Part shown: positions 1 through 10,771 of the stretch, piece after piece
Position numbering within the stretch: position 1 is the first letter of the stretch
Layout of the letters: the number at the start of each line of letters is the position of its first letter
Origin: Savitreella phatthalungensis
Lineage: Eukaryota
Direction of reading: 5' to 3'
DNA: 21,365 nucleotides
Assembly (NCBI GenBank): GCA_051599415.1
Contig: AP039713.1
Coordinates: 186,001 to 207,365, forward strand
Position numbers and translations under genes: made by a program
Notes under the pieces: generated by a model
What the model was told of the DNA's origin: nothing
Database searches by the model: none
The model's input: the letters and a program-made list of their open reading frames with translations, nothing else

Positions 1-507
1 TTGAGCGTGTCACAAGTGAGAAGCCAGCTGACCGCGTGTAGACATCAAGCGCTGTCTTCAGCGCATCCAGCGAGTCAAACGAAGCACCTAGAAGCTCCTC
101 CATGGTGTCTGAGAGCACACAGTGAAAATGCACGTTCATGTCCTATTCTGCACATGGGCTGTCACAATCAGCACAGTGGCGGCATGGCAAGGGTATCTGA
201 CCAATCAGCACTTCCTGTTTTAGGACTGGCTGCGACAGAGTTACTGTATTTGGTCAATCTAGCAATTGTGTGACAGTTCTTTAATTCAGTAAAACTTTTG
301 TGCGTGTATCCGGATCGTTTGTGCGTGTATCAGTCCCCTAAAACTTGTTTTCTGTCAAGGGTATCTATCCCATGTTCGGCTGCGCTGCATGGCGCCCCAC
401 ACCGCATCCTCAATCTCAACCCTGTCTACGTATTTGCGTACTCCCAGCAACGATTCCATCGTGTTTGCTTTGACTGGACTGGACTGAGCTTGGAGCAAAG
501 CTGGAGT

Positions 508-1119
508 CTATGCAACGAGCTGAATACCGCGAGTCACATCGACGACACGCACGCCGTCCTTGTCGACGCACTTTGTGACAAAGCCACCGAGAGACAAGGG
601 CATCCGCCGCTCCAGTTCCTCGTACCCTTTCTTGAGCAATGCAAGGGCCTCCTCCATCGGCGTCTCTGGCGTCATGTGCCTGTCAAACATGGAGAGCAAG
701 TAGTAGGAGGCGTATCCTTGAGCGGCGTATGGCACCTCCGCCTTCGTGCCGAGGTAGTCGATCCAGTAGAGCTTGGCGGTATCGTCTGTGATGTCGTACC
801 CGCCAATCAGCAGGTTCACCTGGTACGGGTGTCTGGACCGGAGGCTGTCTGCCAGCTCCCGTCTGACAAAGGAGGAGACTGCCTCTGTATGGAGTTCGAG
901 TTCCTCGTTCCTGCGAGAGTAGAGGGCGACGTTGGCGGTGACGTATTCTGCAAATTGGACCGTGTCTCCTGGTTCGCCCGAGTAGAGCATCAGGTTGTGT
1001 TTGTTGAGGACGCGCGACTTGTCGTCGTCTGGCTTCATGATTGTGATGCCGCGAACCTGGTTGAGGTTGCTAGCGAGCAGGACATACCCTGGTCCTCTGA
1101 CGCCGATCAACACCTCCAT
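508..1119 (-). CDS. PRE1: 20S proteasome core subunit beta type-4 (PSMB2/Pre1)
   Basis: 203-aa intronless ATG-TAG ORF. It shows beta-4 hallmarks: MEVLIG..G.GYVLLAS, GITIMK.DDDK, GEPGDTVQFAEY, ELADSLRSRHPYQVNLLIGGYD, LYWIDYLGT, PYAAQGYASYY.LS..DRH and ELERRMP. Confidence 0.96.
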   Translation of the reverse strand: MEVLIGVRGPGYVLLASNLNQVRGITIMKPDDDKSRVLNKHNLMLYSGEPGDTVQFAEYVTANVALYSRRNEELELHTEAVSSFVRRELADSLRSRHPYQVNLLIGGYDITDDTAKLYWIDYLGTKAEVPYAAQGYASYYLLSMFDRHMTPETPMEEALALLKKGYEELERRMPLSLGGFVTKCVDKDGVRVVDVTRGIQLVA

Positions 1120-1900
1120 TCAGGTCTGAGTATATTGGAGTGGAGAAAGAGACTGAACGTTGTCAATGAGATGACCCCCTAGTGATTCCTGCTATGGCGT
1201 TTGATGGAGAATGTAGTGTATGTACTTGTGGGTGTGCGTGTACGCGTGTATGCCTATACGTACGCCTGTGTATGGGTTCTTACGTCTACGGGGTGTCAAC
1301 CAGTGTGCATTCAATCGATCGCGTGCATTCTTGCCCACATGCATGCAATCGACCATACTGAATCACTTTAACTTTGAGTAAAATTTGAAGGTTAAAATTC
1401 AAGATTCAGCTTATTATTTTGATGTCAGCCTGGATTCATGGACACAATTAATGGGAAGCATATAAATTCAGTATCCAATATCTATTGAAATCCAACTCTA
1501 GTACAATCGATTCGATATAAGATTCAAGAGATTGAGTACGACCCAATTCATGTCATCGAAATGATCCATTCGGTTGAGTCGTAAAAATCCGTCATAATCG
1601 ATCATAGATGGATTCGTTATCGTCATTAGATGATTAAGCCTCCTAAAATGGGAGCTTTATTGATTGGGATTCTTCCGAATAGCACGGCCCATGCATCCAT
1701 TAAAATTCAACAGACCCGCGGCGAGTTCCAGCTAACAATCAAGAGCAGGATCAATGGCGAAATATGGAAGACCAATCGTCTCAGATCGACGTATACGTAA
1801 TTAATGATTGATTTAATTGAACTTTGGGATTTGAGTCATTACAATTGTATATATCTGAAACACTCGGTCCTTACAAATCGTACTCGTCTTCCGAATCCAA

Positions 1901-2070
1901 CGCACAGCACAGCACAGCACAGCACACAGCACATACACACACTCTCTACAGCATCAGCATCAGCATCAGCAGCGCACATACACTTACACACACACGCGCA
2001 CACACACACGCGCGCGCACACACACACACACGTAGACTCAGACACTCACTCACACACACTCACAGACACG
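1901..2070 (+). repeat. Compound microsatellite: (CACAG)n, (CAGCAT)n, (CA)n/(CG)n upstream of the CK1 gene
   Basis: Directly visible: cacagcacagcacagcacagcac, cagcatcagcatcagcatcagc, and cacacacacgcgcacacacacacgcgcgcgcacacacacacacacg. Confidence 0.85.
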
Positions 2071-2385
2071 CTCAAACCCACCTAAGCTACAGGTATACGC
2101 CTCAACTGTACGCGCACAACCTTCTATCACATACACAGTCACAAATCCTCATCCACGCTCATCACTTCACACAGGCAAAAAACCCTTTTTCCTCTTCCCT
2201 CCCCATCATCCACTCTCGCAAGTGCACTAGCCTTCACATCAATCAGCCAGCGACAAAAAAACAAATTACAGTCGCCTTGATTCTGAACCCATAGATTCCA
2301 ACGCGCAGGTCGATCAAGGCCTCTCCTTTTCCTCTTCCTCCTGCCCACGCGCGAGGCAGAACTTCTTGAAGGCGGATTTCCTATC

Positions 2386-3591
2386 ATGTCCTCCTTCACA
2401 GCCCCAAATAACATGGACCTACGGGTGGGCAACAAGTACAGAATCGGCAGAAAGATTGGCAGCGGTTCATTCGGTGACATCTATCTCGGCACAAACATCA
2501 TTTCTGGTGAAGAGATCGCCATCAAGCTCGAATCAATCAAGGCCAAGCACCCACAGCTCGAATATGAGGCACGTGTCTACAAGGCGCTTGCGGGAGGAGT
2601 CGGCATTCCCTTTGTGCGATGGTATGGCACAGAGTGCGACTACAATGCCATGGTCCTTGACCTTCTTGGCCCATCCCTGGAAGATCTCTTCAACTTCTGC
2701 AACCGCAAATTCTCACTCAAGACCGTCCTCCTTCTCGCAGATCAGCTCATCTCCCGCATCGAGTACATCCACGCAAAGTCCTTCATCCACAGAGACATCA
2801 AGCCTGACAACTTCCTCATGGGCATCGGCAAGCGCGGCAACCAGGTCAACGTCATCGACTTTGGTCTGGCGAAGAAGTACAGAGACCCGCGCACACACCT
2901 TCACATACCCTACAGGGAGAACAAGAATCTGACGGGTACAGCCAGATACGCGTCCATCAACACACATCTTGGCGTAGAGCAGTCCCGGCGTGACGACCTC
3001 GAATCTCTTGGGTACGTGATGATGTACTTCTGCCGCGGATCTCTCCCATGGCAAGGACTCAAAGCAGCGACCAAAAAGCAGAAGTACGACCGGATCATGG
3101 AGAAGAAGATGACCACGTCGACGGAATACCTCACTCGCGGCTATCCGAACGAGTTCGCCATCTACCTCAACTACACGCGCTCCCTCAGATTCGACGACAA
3201 GCCGGACTACTCCTACCTCCGCAAGCTCTTCCGCGATCTGTTTGTCAGAGAAGGATTTCAGTACGACTACGTCTTCGACTGGACGATCTTCAAGCACCAG
3301 GGAAGCAAACAGGTCTCTGGTGACGTCGGCGCCGGTCAGCCATCGCAGCAGCCACCTCAGACCTCACAGCAGCCTGTCCCGCAAATGTCCGGACAGCATG
3401 TCGGGGCGTCTCCGTCAAGACTGCCGCAGGGTACACTGCCGCCGCAGCAAGCGCAGCAGCAGCAACAACAACAACAACAGTCACAGCAACAGCAGCAACC
3501 TCTCCCTAGCTCTCAGTCGCAGCAGCAACTCGGTAGCGACCGCATGCTCCGGTCTCAGGCCAAGCAGCACAACCACGACGGCTGGTACTGA
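2386..3591 (+). CDS. HRR25: Casein kinase I, delta/epsilon type (Hrr25/Hhp1), with Q/P/S-rich C-terminal tail
   Basis: 401 aa. Contains [92 protein letters not shown] and FDW. There is no C-terminal CC motif, so it is not the Yck/Cki class. The start could be M1 or M10. Confidence 0.96.
   Translation: MSSFTAPNNMDLRVGNKYRIGRKIGSGSFGDIYLGTNIISGEEIAIKLESIKAKHPQLEYEARVYKALAGGVGIPFVRWYGTECDYNAMVLDLLGPSLEDLFNFCNRKFSLKTVLLLADQLISRIEYIHAKSFIHRDIKPDNFLMGIGKRGNQVNVIDFGLAKKYRDPRTHLHIPYRENKNLTGTARYASINTHLGVEQSRRDDLESLGYVMMYFCRGSLPWQGLKAATKKQKYDRIMEKKMTTSTEYLTRGYPNEFAIYLNYTRSLRFDDKPDYSYLRKLFRDLFVREGFQYDYVFDWTIFKHQGSKQVSGDVGAGQPSQQPPQTSQQPVPQMSGQHVGASPSRLPQGTLPPQQAQQQQQQQQQSQQQQQPLPSSQSQQQLGSDRMLRSQAKQHNHDGWY
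3445..3498 (+). repeat. CAG/CAA polyglutamine tract in the CK1 tail
   Basis: Encodes [18 protein letters not shown] in the kinase frame. Confidence 0.85.
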
Positions 3592-4052
3592 GCTCAATGC
3601 TCGCCTCGTCTCGTCACCTAATGGTTGTCGAATCGTCCAGTCCGATGACACAACGTCACATCTGACACTGAGATCGTGTCTGATCAGTCTTTGAGTTTGA
3701 GTCTGAGTCTGGATTAGAACCCGACTATTACAGCTTTTTTGTCGCGCTTCGGGGACAAAGATTCCCCAGCGTTCGAGAGGACGCTCTAGAGAGGAAGCGT
3801 CTGCTTGTGCTCGCGGCTCAGCTGCCGTGGGAGTCAAGTCGGACCTATGACATTCCGCACGCTTCAACCGTACTAAACCGTACGCACCGCACCCACTCTT
3901 TCCGCTGTCCGCCAAGCCAACCCCCACACTCGTAGTAATGCCCAGTCTCCAGATCCACTCCAAAGCCACACCAGAGCCTCATTGTGGTCGATACCGAGAT
4001 CGTGTACATTGAGGATGTGTTTTGAGATCGTTATTACGATGTACTATGCTCT

Positions 4053-5054
4053 TCAACTCGTCGAAAGTGCCCAATCGACCGCTTCGCCGACGCCTTTAGC
4101 TATGTGATGTGCCCCAACCTTGTCCAGCGCTTCCCGATCGCTGCCCTTGAAGACGCCCGTCCTGACGAGCACGGGCACCCAGCCGTAGTCGATCGCGCCG
4201 CGAATATCGCTCGACGGATTGTCACCAACCATGTATACCTGCTCAACCTCACCACCTGCGATCTCCCTAAGCACCCGCTCAGCAAAGCTGTACGTATGTT
4301 TTGTGGGTTTCCCATACTGCACGTACTCGAGAGGATCAGCACGGGCAGCAGGCTTGTCATGTGCATGGTCGCCCGCCAGTCTAAGCTCGTCGCCAGTCGA
4401 CTTCCACAACGCACACAGCAAGTCACGGAAAGCACCCTGACCCATCCGCGGACCACCCTCGTAGGCGCTCGCCCACAGCAGATCCGGGTTGCTGAAGTAC
4501 AGCGGCAGCTTTCGCGGCATCCCCTCAGACTTACCGAGACGGTGGTGGCCGCGCAAGATATCTAGAATCGCTGTCGCGTCCAGACCCCAATCGCGCGGGT
4601 CGTGGTAGACGTACAAGGCGTCGATGGGTGAGCGTGGGAGGGCTCTGGTGGACTCCTTCTCCGCCGGGGTGAGCGTGTGGTAGGGCCAGAGGGTAGGGTC
4701 GTCAGCGAGCATATCGAGCGGTGTGGTCACCTTCGTGAACCCGTACTCGTCCTCGGCCAGCCGCCGGCATGCGTCCCCTACACCCCCACACACAAGCACG
4801 TGCTTGTACCCGTACCGCCTCGGATGCTCGCGGAACGGCGTGTGCGACTGTACCAGCTGCCGCCGATCCAGCGGCACGTCCAGCAGTCGCTGAAGCTTCT
4901 CCAGTCGCTCGCCTTCGCTCGTACCACCCCCGTTCGTCAGCAAGATGAACGGCACCTGTTGACGCTGCAGCTTGAGCAGGCTCTCACGCGCACGCGGCAG
5001 TGCAGTTGCGGATCTCAGCAGCACACCATCAATGTCGAATGCGAATGCTCGCAT
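4053..5054 (-). CDS. HAD-superfamily hydrolase, subfamily IIA, CECR5/HDHD5-like
   Basis: 333 aa. Motif I AFAFDIDGVLLR, motif II FILLTNGGG, family motifs QSHTPF, DPRDWGLD, FSNPDLLWA and PRMGQGAF, motif III GKP, motif IV YMVGDNPSSDIRGA, then LVRTGVF. An in-frame stop lies 14 codons upstream of the ATG. Confidence 0.93.
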   Translation of the reverse strand: MRAFAFDIDGVLLRSATALPRARESLLKLQRQQVPFILLTNGGGTSEGERLEKLQRLLDVPLDRRQLVQSHTPFREHPRRYGYKHVLVCGGVGDACRRLAEDEYGFTKVTTPLDMLADDPTLWPYHTLTPAEKESTRALPRSPIDALYVYHDPRDWGLDATAILDILRGHHRLGKSEGMPRKLPLYFSNPDLLWASAYEGGPRMGQGAFRDLLCALWKSTGDELRLAGDHAHDKPAARADPLEYVQYGKPTKHTYSFAERVLREIAGGEVEQVYMVGDNPSSDIRGAIDYGWVPVLVRTGVFKGSDREALDKVGAHHIAKGVGEAVDWALSTS

Positions 5055-5216
5055 GTGGACGCCCGCTTCTGTCTTGGATGGGGTGGGATGAGATTAAAAT
5101 AGAAAGATCTGATTGACGCCATTGCATGCATCGCGGTGTATGGTGCAGTGGCTATCTATACCTCCATCGAATATTCAGAAATCTACTACTGTACAGTACG
5201 GTACAAAATCTGCGTC

Positions 5217-6713
5217 TCAATGACGTACATTGCAGAGCTTAACACCCTGCATCGCCGCCAGCTTGTATTGCTGGAGGGCGATGCCAAGAGTCTCTGTGAG
5301 GAGAAGCTCCTGACCGCCGCGTGAGTCCTCGAGCATGTCGACGATTCGCCAGATGGAGAAGATGACGTGTCGGAATGCAGGTCCGCGGTGGCGCTGCATG
5401 TCCTGAGCAAAGTAGTCGCGCTCCTCCCCACGCCGCCAGAACGCGGCCACGTATAGATCCGGGAAGGCAGCATCGATCTTGAGGTTGTCTGTGAAGCCAG
5501 CATACACACCAGACATGTATCGAATCGCCGCACGCATATCGCTCTCCGGGATGAACGGTGCGAGGAACAGGAGGAAAACGTACGGGATGGTGGACGGCTG
5601 GGTCATGTTCGGGTCGACGAATCGGATGACTGGCGAGAACGCGAATCCGGGCTCCGCGCACGACAAGTACACCTCTCTGCCGGGCATCCGCTCCAGCATC
5701 GCCTTGTACAGCGAGATCTGTCGGAGAGCCTCTTGCGCCCGTGGCATCAGCCTTACCATCAGCTCGCCCACTCCAGATGGGTCGGCGGCGTAGGACGTGT
5801 AGAACTCCTCGCACAGCGGCATCACGTGGCCGTAGCATTCTGCCGTCTTGGCAAGGAGTCCACCGAGTGACTGCGACTGGATCGGTGCGTGCGCAAACTG
5901 CGGCCACTGCGTGTCGTGGCTACGGGTGATCAAGGAGCTGTGAGCGAGGCGCTCAGTCAGCTGGCACAGGTATGAAGGGAGTTCTCGCTCGTTTCGGGGG
6001 GTGGACTCGATCTGCTCGTCCGTCGGCGAGTCGCGCTCGAGTTCGAACCGGTTGGTAGCGATGTAGGAGATGCGCGTAGCGGCGTCGACGTGCATCAGCA
6101 GTGCTTCCTGGTTGCCGAGGAATGACTCGACCTCTGCCAACATCAGCGTCGCTGACCAGAGTGCCAGGAAGTCTTGGTTTGAAAGGAGGGCAGCCTCGCG
6201 CGAGGCCAGCAACCGGCGCATCAGTCCAACAGTCCGGGCGTAGAATCCGAGCGCCTCGGTCTGTCTGCCGAGTCGGAGTGAGGTGTAGGACGCGAGAGCA
6301 ACGGAGAGCACGTCCCGATCGTGACCCTTGGCCATGCCCGGCAGGTAGAAGTTGGCCCAATTGGTGCACCTTCTGGGTGCCCTGACCTGACTCCGGTACT
6401 GCATGATCGTCGGCAGAATTGATTTGCGGGGCAATCCCAGGTGCTCGGTCCATGCGCAGATCTGGTGGGAGTACAGGTGAAACTGGCCGACGTAAAACTC
6501 GATCGGGGTAGACGTATCGGTAGGCGAGAGCGTAGGACGTGGCGGTCTCTTCTGAAGCTCTACCACGGCCTGTGACTCCCGAGGCCGCAAGTTCTTCGTC
6601 GCTCTGCGGACTGGCCACATACAGTCATAGCCAGACACCCGACATCTCGAGCAGACGGGGTAGACCTCATCGCACTTGTAATGTCTCTTCCTGCAGGTGT
6701 GGCATCCAGGCAT
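5217..6713 (-). CDS. Zn(II)2Cys6 binuclear cluster transcription factor (GCxTCRxRxxKCDE type)
   Basis: GCHTCRKRHYKCDEVYPVCSRCRVSGYDCMWP gives C-x2-C-x6-C-x6-C-x2-C-x6-C, followed by a helical region (ALGFYARTVGLMR, LLMHVDAA) resembling fungal-specific TF middle domains. The ORF track start at 6818 is GTG; the first ATG is 6713 (498 aa). An upstream exon cannot be excluded. Confidence 0.85.
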   Translation of the reverse strand: MPGCHTCRKRHYKCDEVYPVCSRCRVSGYDCMWPVRRATKNLRPRESQAVVELQKRPPRPTLSPTDTSTPIEFYVGQFHLYSHQICAWTEHLGLPRKSILPTIMQYRSQVRAPRRCTNWANFYLPGMAKGHDRDVLSVALASYTSLRLGRQTEALGFYARTVGLMRRLLASREAALLSNQDFLALWSATLMLAEVESFLGNQEALLMHVDAATRISYIATNRFELERDSPTDEQIESTPRNERELPSYLCQLTERLAHSSLITRSHDTQWPQFAHAPIQSQSLGGLLAKTAECYGHVMPLCEEFYTSYAADPSGVGELMVRLMPRAQEALRQISLYKAMLERMPGREVYLSCAEPGFAFSPVIRFVDPNMTQPSTIPYVFLLFLAPFIPESDMRAAIRYMSGVYAGFTDNLKIDAAFPDLYVAAFWRRGEERDYFAQDMQRHRGPAFRHVIFSIWRIVDMLEDSRGGQELLLTETLGIALQQYKLAAMQGVKLCNVRH

Positions 6714-7283
6714 GACGTTTCGAAGACGCGTGCGAACTAGTGAGGAAAACGATAGCCGTGAGACGTGCCCAAGGCACGGCAGGGCGTTGTCTTTATGGGT
6801 TCGACAGTCCGAGCGCACGGGGTTGGTCAGGTTATACTCTTTCGCTCACCATCTCTCTCTTTCTCCCTCCCTGTCACCCTGAACAGGGAATATCCGAGTC
6901 AAATGTGACCCGAATACCCGGGACCTATAGCTCTAGCACCAGCTCCGGCCTATGTCCTTTTAGCACGAGTTCCGAATGCCCGGATGGCGGCCCCAATTCA
7001 GCGGTGCGCCGCCGGAGCTCTGACAATTCCGTAAATCAGCCGCGGAAGTCCACGTGCTTTGATGGTTGACATCTCACAGAATACATCCAATCGATCAATC
7101 TATCAGACCGATGGATAATTTTCATACAAAATAAGTCTTTCAGAGTGAATTCTGAATCTAGCTGGCCTTATGAACACCAGTGGGTTCTAGCGCACCCCAA
7201 AATGTGTGGAAGGTGGTGGATGCAGATCTACAGGCGGCTCCCCAGTAAAATCTGCCGATCGAGGCAAGTGAAGAGCACGTTGC

Positions 7284-7333
7284 AGGGAAGTTCAAGGGAA
7301 GTTCAAGGGAAGTTCAAGGGAAGTTCAAGGGAA
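7284..7333. repeat. 11-bp tandem repeat (AGGGAAGTTCA)x4.5 in the TF/MFS divergent intergenic region
   Basis: Four perfect copies start at 7284, 7295, 7306 and 7317, followed by a partial AGGGAA. Confidence 0.9.
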
Positions 7334-8496
7334 TCAAGACAGAGTCGGAGGAAGATCGTCAGATAAGTAAAGAAAACCAGCCAGCGATCAACGGTAAAGG
7401 GACAATGTCGATGATACGATGACGCAGTTCATCCGAGCCGACCCATACACGAATGATTCCGCTTGTTCCAGTAGTCGCACCAGTACTCACGAATGTACGC
7501 GTGCAAGCACTCTAGATGAGACGTGACGATTTGACGAACGCGGAAGCCGACGCGGGTGTAGTTTGTGTAAGTATACTAAGTCCGCTGACTCTCGTGGAGA
7601 TATCGTACCCACCTCAAGCGTCTACAACATCCTTCAGGAAGCGTGAATAAACGTGACCAGCATCCCAAACTCACTCACTGTACTCAGCACTCAATAACGA
7701 GCTCACCTGCCCTTCTAGGATACTTTCAGAATACCTGACCAGGGAATATCGATTCATTCATATAGCTGGATCCGCTTACTGGAAATATCACGCGGAATGG
7801 TAGCGCGTGATTCGTCCAAATCCGCCATTGTAACTCACCTCATGTGATTCATCGAATATTGTTGGGCTCTTGATCCATTCATACATTCTACATCCTGTCA
7901 GGTCTGTAGAAAGTTGGACGTATCTGTGCGAGGTATACGAAAAAGTAATTGTTGTTCAACCTCAGTTCATTCGACCAGTGAAGTGTTCTGTGATTGGATC
8001 GGACAAAAGAATCGTTCAACTCTAGACTCTCATTCATATCTATTAACAGTAGAACCAGCGCTGGATCGAGTTCTCTGTCCTACCTGCGCAAGTAGAATCC
8101 AAACCTCCTCGATATCATGAAGATGAATTGACTTCCCACTCAAAAACAACTCCCGTCACCCACAATAGCCAACCAAAGTCCATAAGCACTCTCATCTCCG
8201 CTCAATTGTTTATATCAACCAGGCGAGATCTCCACTGGGCCAGTCAAAGCAGGTGAAGGAAAAGCTTGAAGAACCTAAAGTCTGAGCCGTTGGTAGGTCT
8301 CTCCCCCCAGATCGACCCCAGAAGATCCAGAGTCAAGGCTCCACGCTCGTGAAACCGCTTCAAAACAACTTATAACAAACCATCAGGACGTTCGTGTAAC
8401 GATCTTCAGAGGTCTTCCGAGCTCTTTGACGTTCATCTCATCTCCACCTCCACCTCCACCTCCCTACGCATCCTTATCCTCTTTCTAATACACAGC

Positions 8497-10350
8497 ATGG
8501 CTTCACATAAGGGTCCAGTGGTGCAGCTCCATGACGATGTAGAATCGCTGAGCGAGAAGGCAAGCACGCCGCCGTCAGCACTCGAATCGAACCAGTACAG
8601 CTATCTCAAAGATAAAACAGATTCAAATTGGACAGAGCGACAGGACAGCTATGCGCTTGAGAAGACGCAGACAGGCAGCACGACCGCCAGCAGCAGGCTT
8701 GAACCATCTGCGACGCGGGATGCCTCGAAAGGCGCAGACCAGCCAGCGCCAAAAATCGACAGGAAGATCTTCCTCGCCTGTCTGTCGCTCTCTTTCCTAT
8801 GGACAGGTTCACAAATTCCGCTCTACCTGCTTCTCGCGAGTGTCAATGCAACGCTCGAAGATATCGGTGGTGCTAATGTCCAGGTCTGGTTCGTGCTCGG
8901 CCCGCTCGCCGCTCTCGCTGCCATTGCACCTGTCGCAGGCTCACTCTCAGACATTCTGGGACGACGATACTCCATCCTCGCAGGTGGTCTGAGCATGGTC
9001 ATCGGTCTCGTCCTGATCGGCTCAGCTCAGAACGTCGCGATGGAGCTGATTTCCATGCCTTTCACCGGTATGGGAGCTTCCCTGCTGGAGGTGAACGCGC
9101 TCGCTGCCGTCAATGAGATCGCTCCAAACAAGCACCGCGGATTCTACACCTCCGTCCTCACATGGACAATCATCCCCTTCGCCCCAGCAGGTATCTACGC
9201 GACCATGCTTTCCTCGTACGCCGACTGGCGCTGGAACGTCTGGATCCCGCTCATGTGGGTTGGAATTGGAATCGTCATGTCATGGTTCTTCTACAACCCG
9301 CCACCGCGCAAGACCGTCGCTCGCTACACCCGCGTCGAGATCCTGAAGCGGATCGACTGGATCGGATACGCCCTCAGCACCGCCGGTCTCGTACTCTTCC
9401 TCTTCGGCCTCGGCAGCGGCGGCAACACCGCTCCCTGGAAGTCCGCGACCACCATTGTCCCGCTCATCGTCGGCGTCGCTCTTCTGTGCTTACTCGCCTT
9501 CTGGGAGATGCACGCCAAGCGTCCGCTCTTCCCGCTCGGCATGTTCAAGAACTTCAGGGTGTTCTTCCTGACCCTCATCATCACTGCAGTCGCTGGAGCA
9601 CAGTTCTTCACCATCCTCATCCTCTTCCCGAAGTTTGCCAGCGCAGTCTACCTGCCGACACCGGAAAAGCTCGGCGGAATGATTACGGCATCCCAGTTCT
9701 CCATCTTCTTCGGTGCATCCGTCTTCTCGGCCTCAGTCTCGAAGTTCCACGGTACGATTAGACCGCAGATGATGCTGGCGTGTGCACTCATGGCCGCCGG
9801 CTACGGCAGTATCGGCGCTTTCTCCTACACGAACACAGTCGGACCGACCATCATGGTTATCCTCGGTGGCATTGGCGTCGGCGGTGTCATCCTCCCGGCA
9901 GCCACCATCACGCAACTATGCACGCCAGACGAGTACATCGGTGCAGTGACGGCCATCACATTCGTCGCTCGTGTCGTCGGCGGTGGCGTCGGCTTTGCTG
10001 CCTCCTACGCTGTTCTCAACTCCAAGATGACCTCCCTCTACAACTCGTACCTGACCAACAAGACTTCCCTCGAGATCGTTACCCTCTGTCTGAAGGGCGG
10101 CCTGTCGGTTGACCAGATCGAGGACTTCCTCAAGGCTGTCGCCCTCGACGATCTCAGAACAGCACGCGAAATCTCCGACAACGACTTCCTCGTCAAGGCC
10201 GTTCAAGTACTGTCTCGACCGCTGTGGCAAATCGCCTTCAAGGAAGTCTTCCTCGTCACCTTAGCCTTCTCCCTGCTCGGCTTCGTCGCAGCCATGTTCC
10301 TCGGCGACGTGCGCAAGTACTCGACAGGACACATCGCCATGCACCTCTAG
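8497..10350 (+). CDS. MFS drug/toxin efflux transporter, ~14 TM, TRI12-like (DHA2-related)
   Basis: 617 aa with a hydrophilic N-terminus followed by many TM segments. Contains SFLWTGSQIPLYL, MFS motif A GSLSDILGRR, EIAPNKHRG, WRW, FFYNPPPR, IDWIG..L...GL.LFL.GL..GG...PWKS and WE....RPLFP..MF. Confidence 0.9.
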   Translation: MASHKGPVVQLHDDVESLSEKASTPPSALESNQYSYLKDKTDSNWTERQDSYALEKTQTGSTTASSRLEPSATRDASKGADQPAPKIDRKIFLACLSLSFLWTGSQIPLYLLLASVNATLEDIGGANVQVWFVLGPLAALAAIAPVAGSLSDILGRRYSILAGGLSMVIGLVLIGSAQNVAMELISMPFTGMGASLLEVNALAAVNEIAPNKHRGFYTSVLTWTIIPFAPAGIYATMLSSYADWRWNVWIPLMWVGIGIVMSWFFYNPPPRKTVARYTRVEILKRIDWIGYALSTAGLVLFLFGLGSGGNTAPWKSATTIVPLIVGVALLCLLAFWEMHAKRPLFPLGMFKNFRVFFLTLIITAVAGAQFFTILILFPKFASAVYLPTPEKLGGMITASQFSIFFGASVFSASVSKFHGTIRPQMMLACALMAAGYGSIGAFSYTNTVGPTIMVILGGIGVGGVILPAATITQLCTPDEYIGAVTAITFVARVVGGGVGFAASYAVLNSKMTSLYNSYLTNKTSLEIVTLCLKGGLSVDQIEDFLKAVALDDLRTAREISDNDFLVKAVQVLSRPLWQIAFKEVFLVTLAFSLLGFVAAMFLGDVRKYSTGHIAMHL

Positions 10351-10771
10351 AGGTCTATATCTCTTCTCTTTTCAACTTCTGTAACATTATTCGAACGTCA
10401 TGTCATATTCTCTTCCATGCCTCCGTGCTCGGCTGTGCTTCTCTCGTTTTTCCTCGTCAGGATCTTTCTAATGTGCAATTTGCGTTCAATCTGCTCAACG
10501 CGTCCTTGCGACCATGTCGCCTGGTTGGCAGAAATACATCCTCCTACAGCGCGCATGCAATCAGCCACAGTGCCTCATCTACGCTGACGGTTCGACGTTG
10601 TCGCGGTTTTTAGAGAGCCGTCGACGTCGTCGCGGGTTTGTGAGAGTGTCTGTCCGTTCATGTTTGTTGCTCCTCGTCTCTGATGTCATTCGCGTCACAA
10701 ATAGGCACCAGCACCATATAAATGAATTCAAATGATTCTTCGTTGAGAGCATGTGACCGCCGCTTGCCGAC

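Noticed and set aside
297..331. 14-bp direct repeat tttgtgcgtgtatc at 297 and 318
   Set aside because: Only 7 bp apart in a 3' flank; a local slippage duplication, not a target-site duplication.
298..1182. 294-aa plus-strand ORF
   Set aside because: TTG start, antisense shadow of PRE1, no recognisable motifs.
1329..1338. Rpn4 PACE-like site upstream of PRE1
   Set aside because: tcttgcccac does not match TTTGCCACC.
1804..2294. His/Thr-rich and Cys/Val-rich short ORFs
   Set aside because: Translations of the CA microsatellite.
2093..2308. Possible 5' UTR intron of CK1 (CAG/GTATAC to TAG at 2294 or CAG at 2308)
   Set aside because: Weak donor and no clear CTRAY branch point; cannot be supported without RNA data.
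6714..6818. N-terminal extension of the Zn2Cys6 ORF, or an ATG micro-exon at about 6850 (ATG then GTGAGC)
   Set aside because: The extension begins at GTG. The ATG/GTGAGC donor joined to the nearest CTAG acceptor puts the zinc cluster out of frame.
7284..7333. Heat-shock elements in the GAAGTTC repeats
   Set aside because: Spacing is GAAnTTC and TTCnnnnGAA, not the required GAAnnTTC.
8497..10350. Trichothecene cluster implied by a TRI12-like pump
   Set aside because: The family is widespread in fungi, and no terpene synthase, P450 or other Tri-like gene is present.
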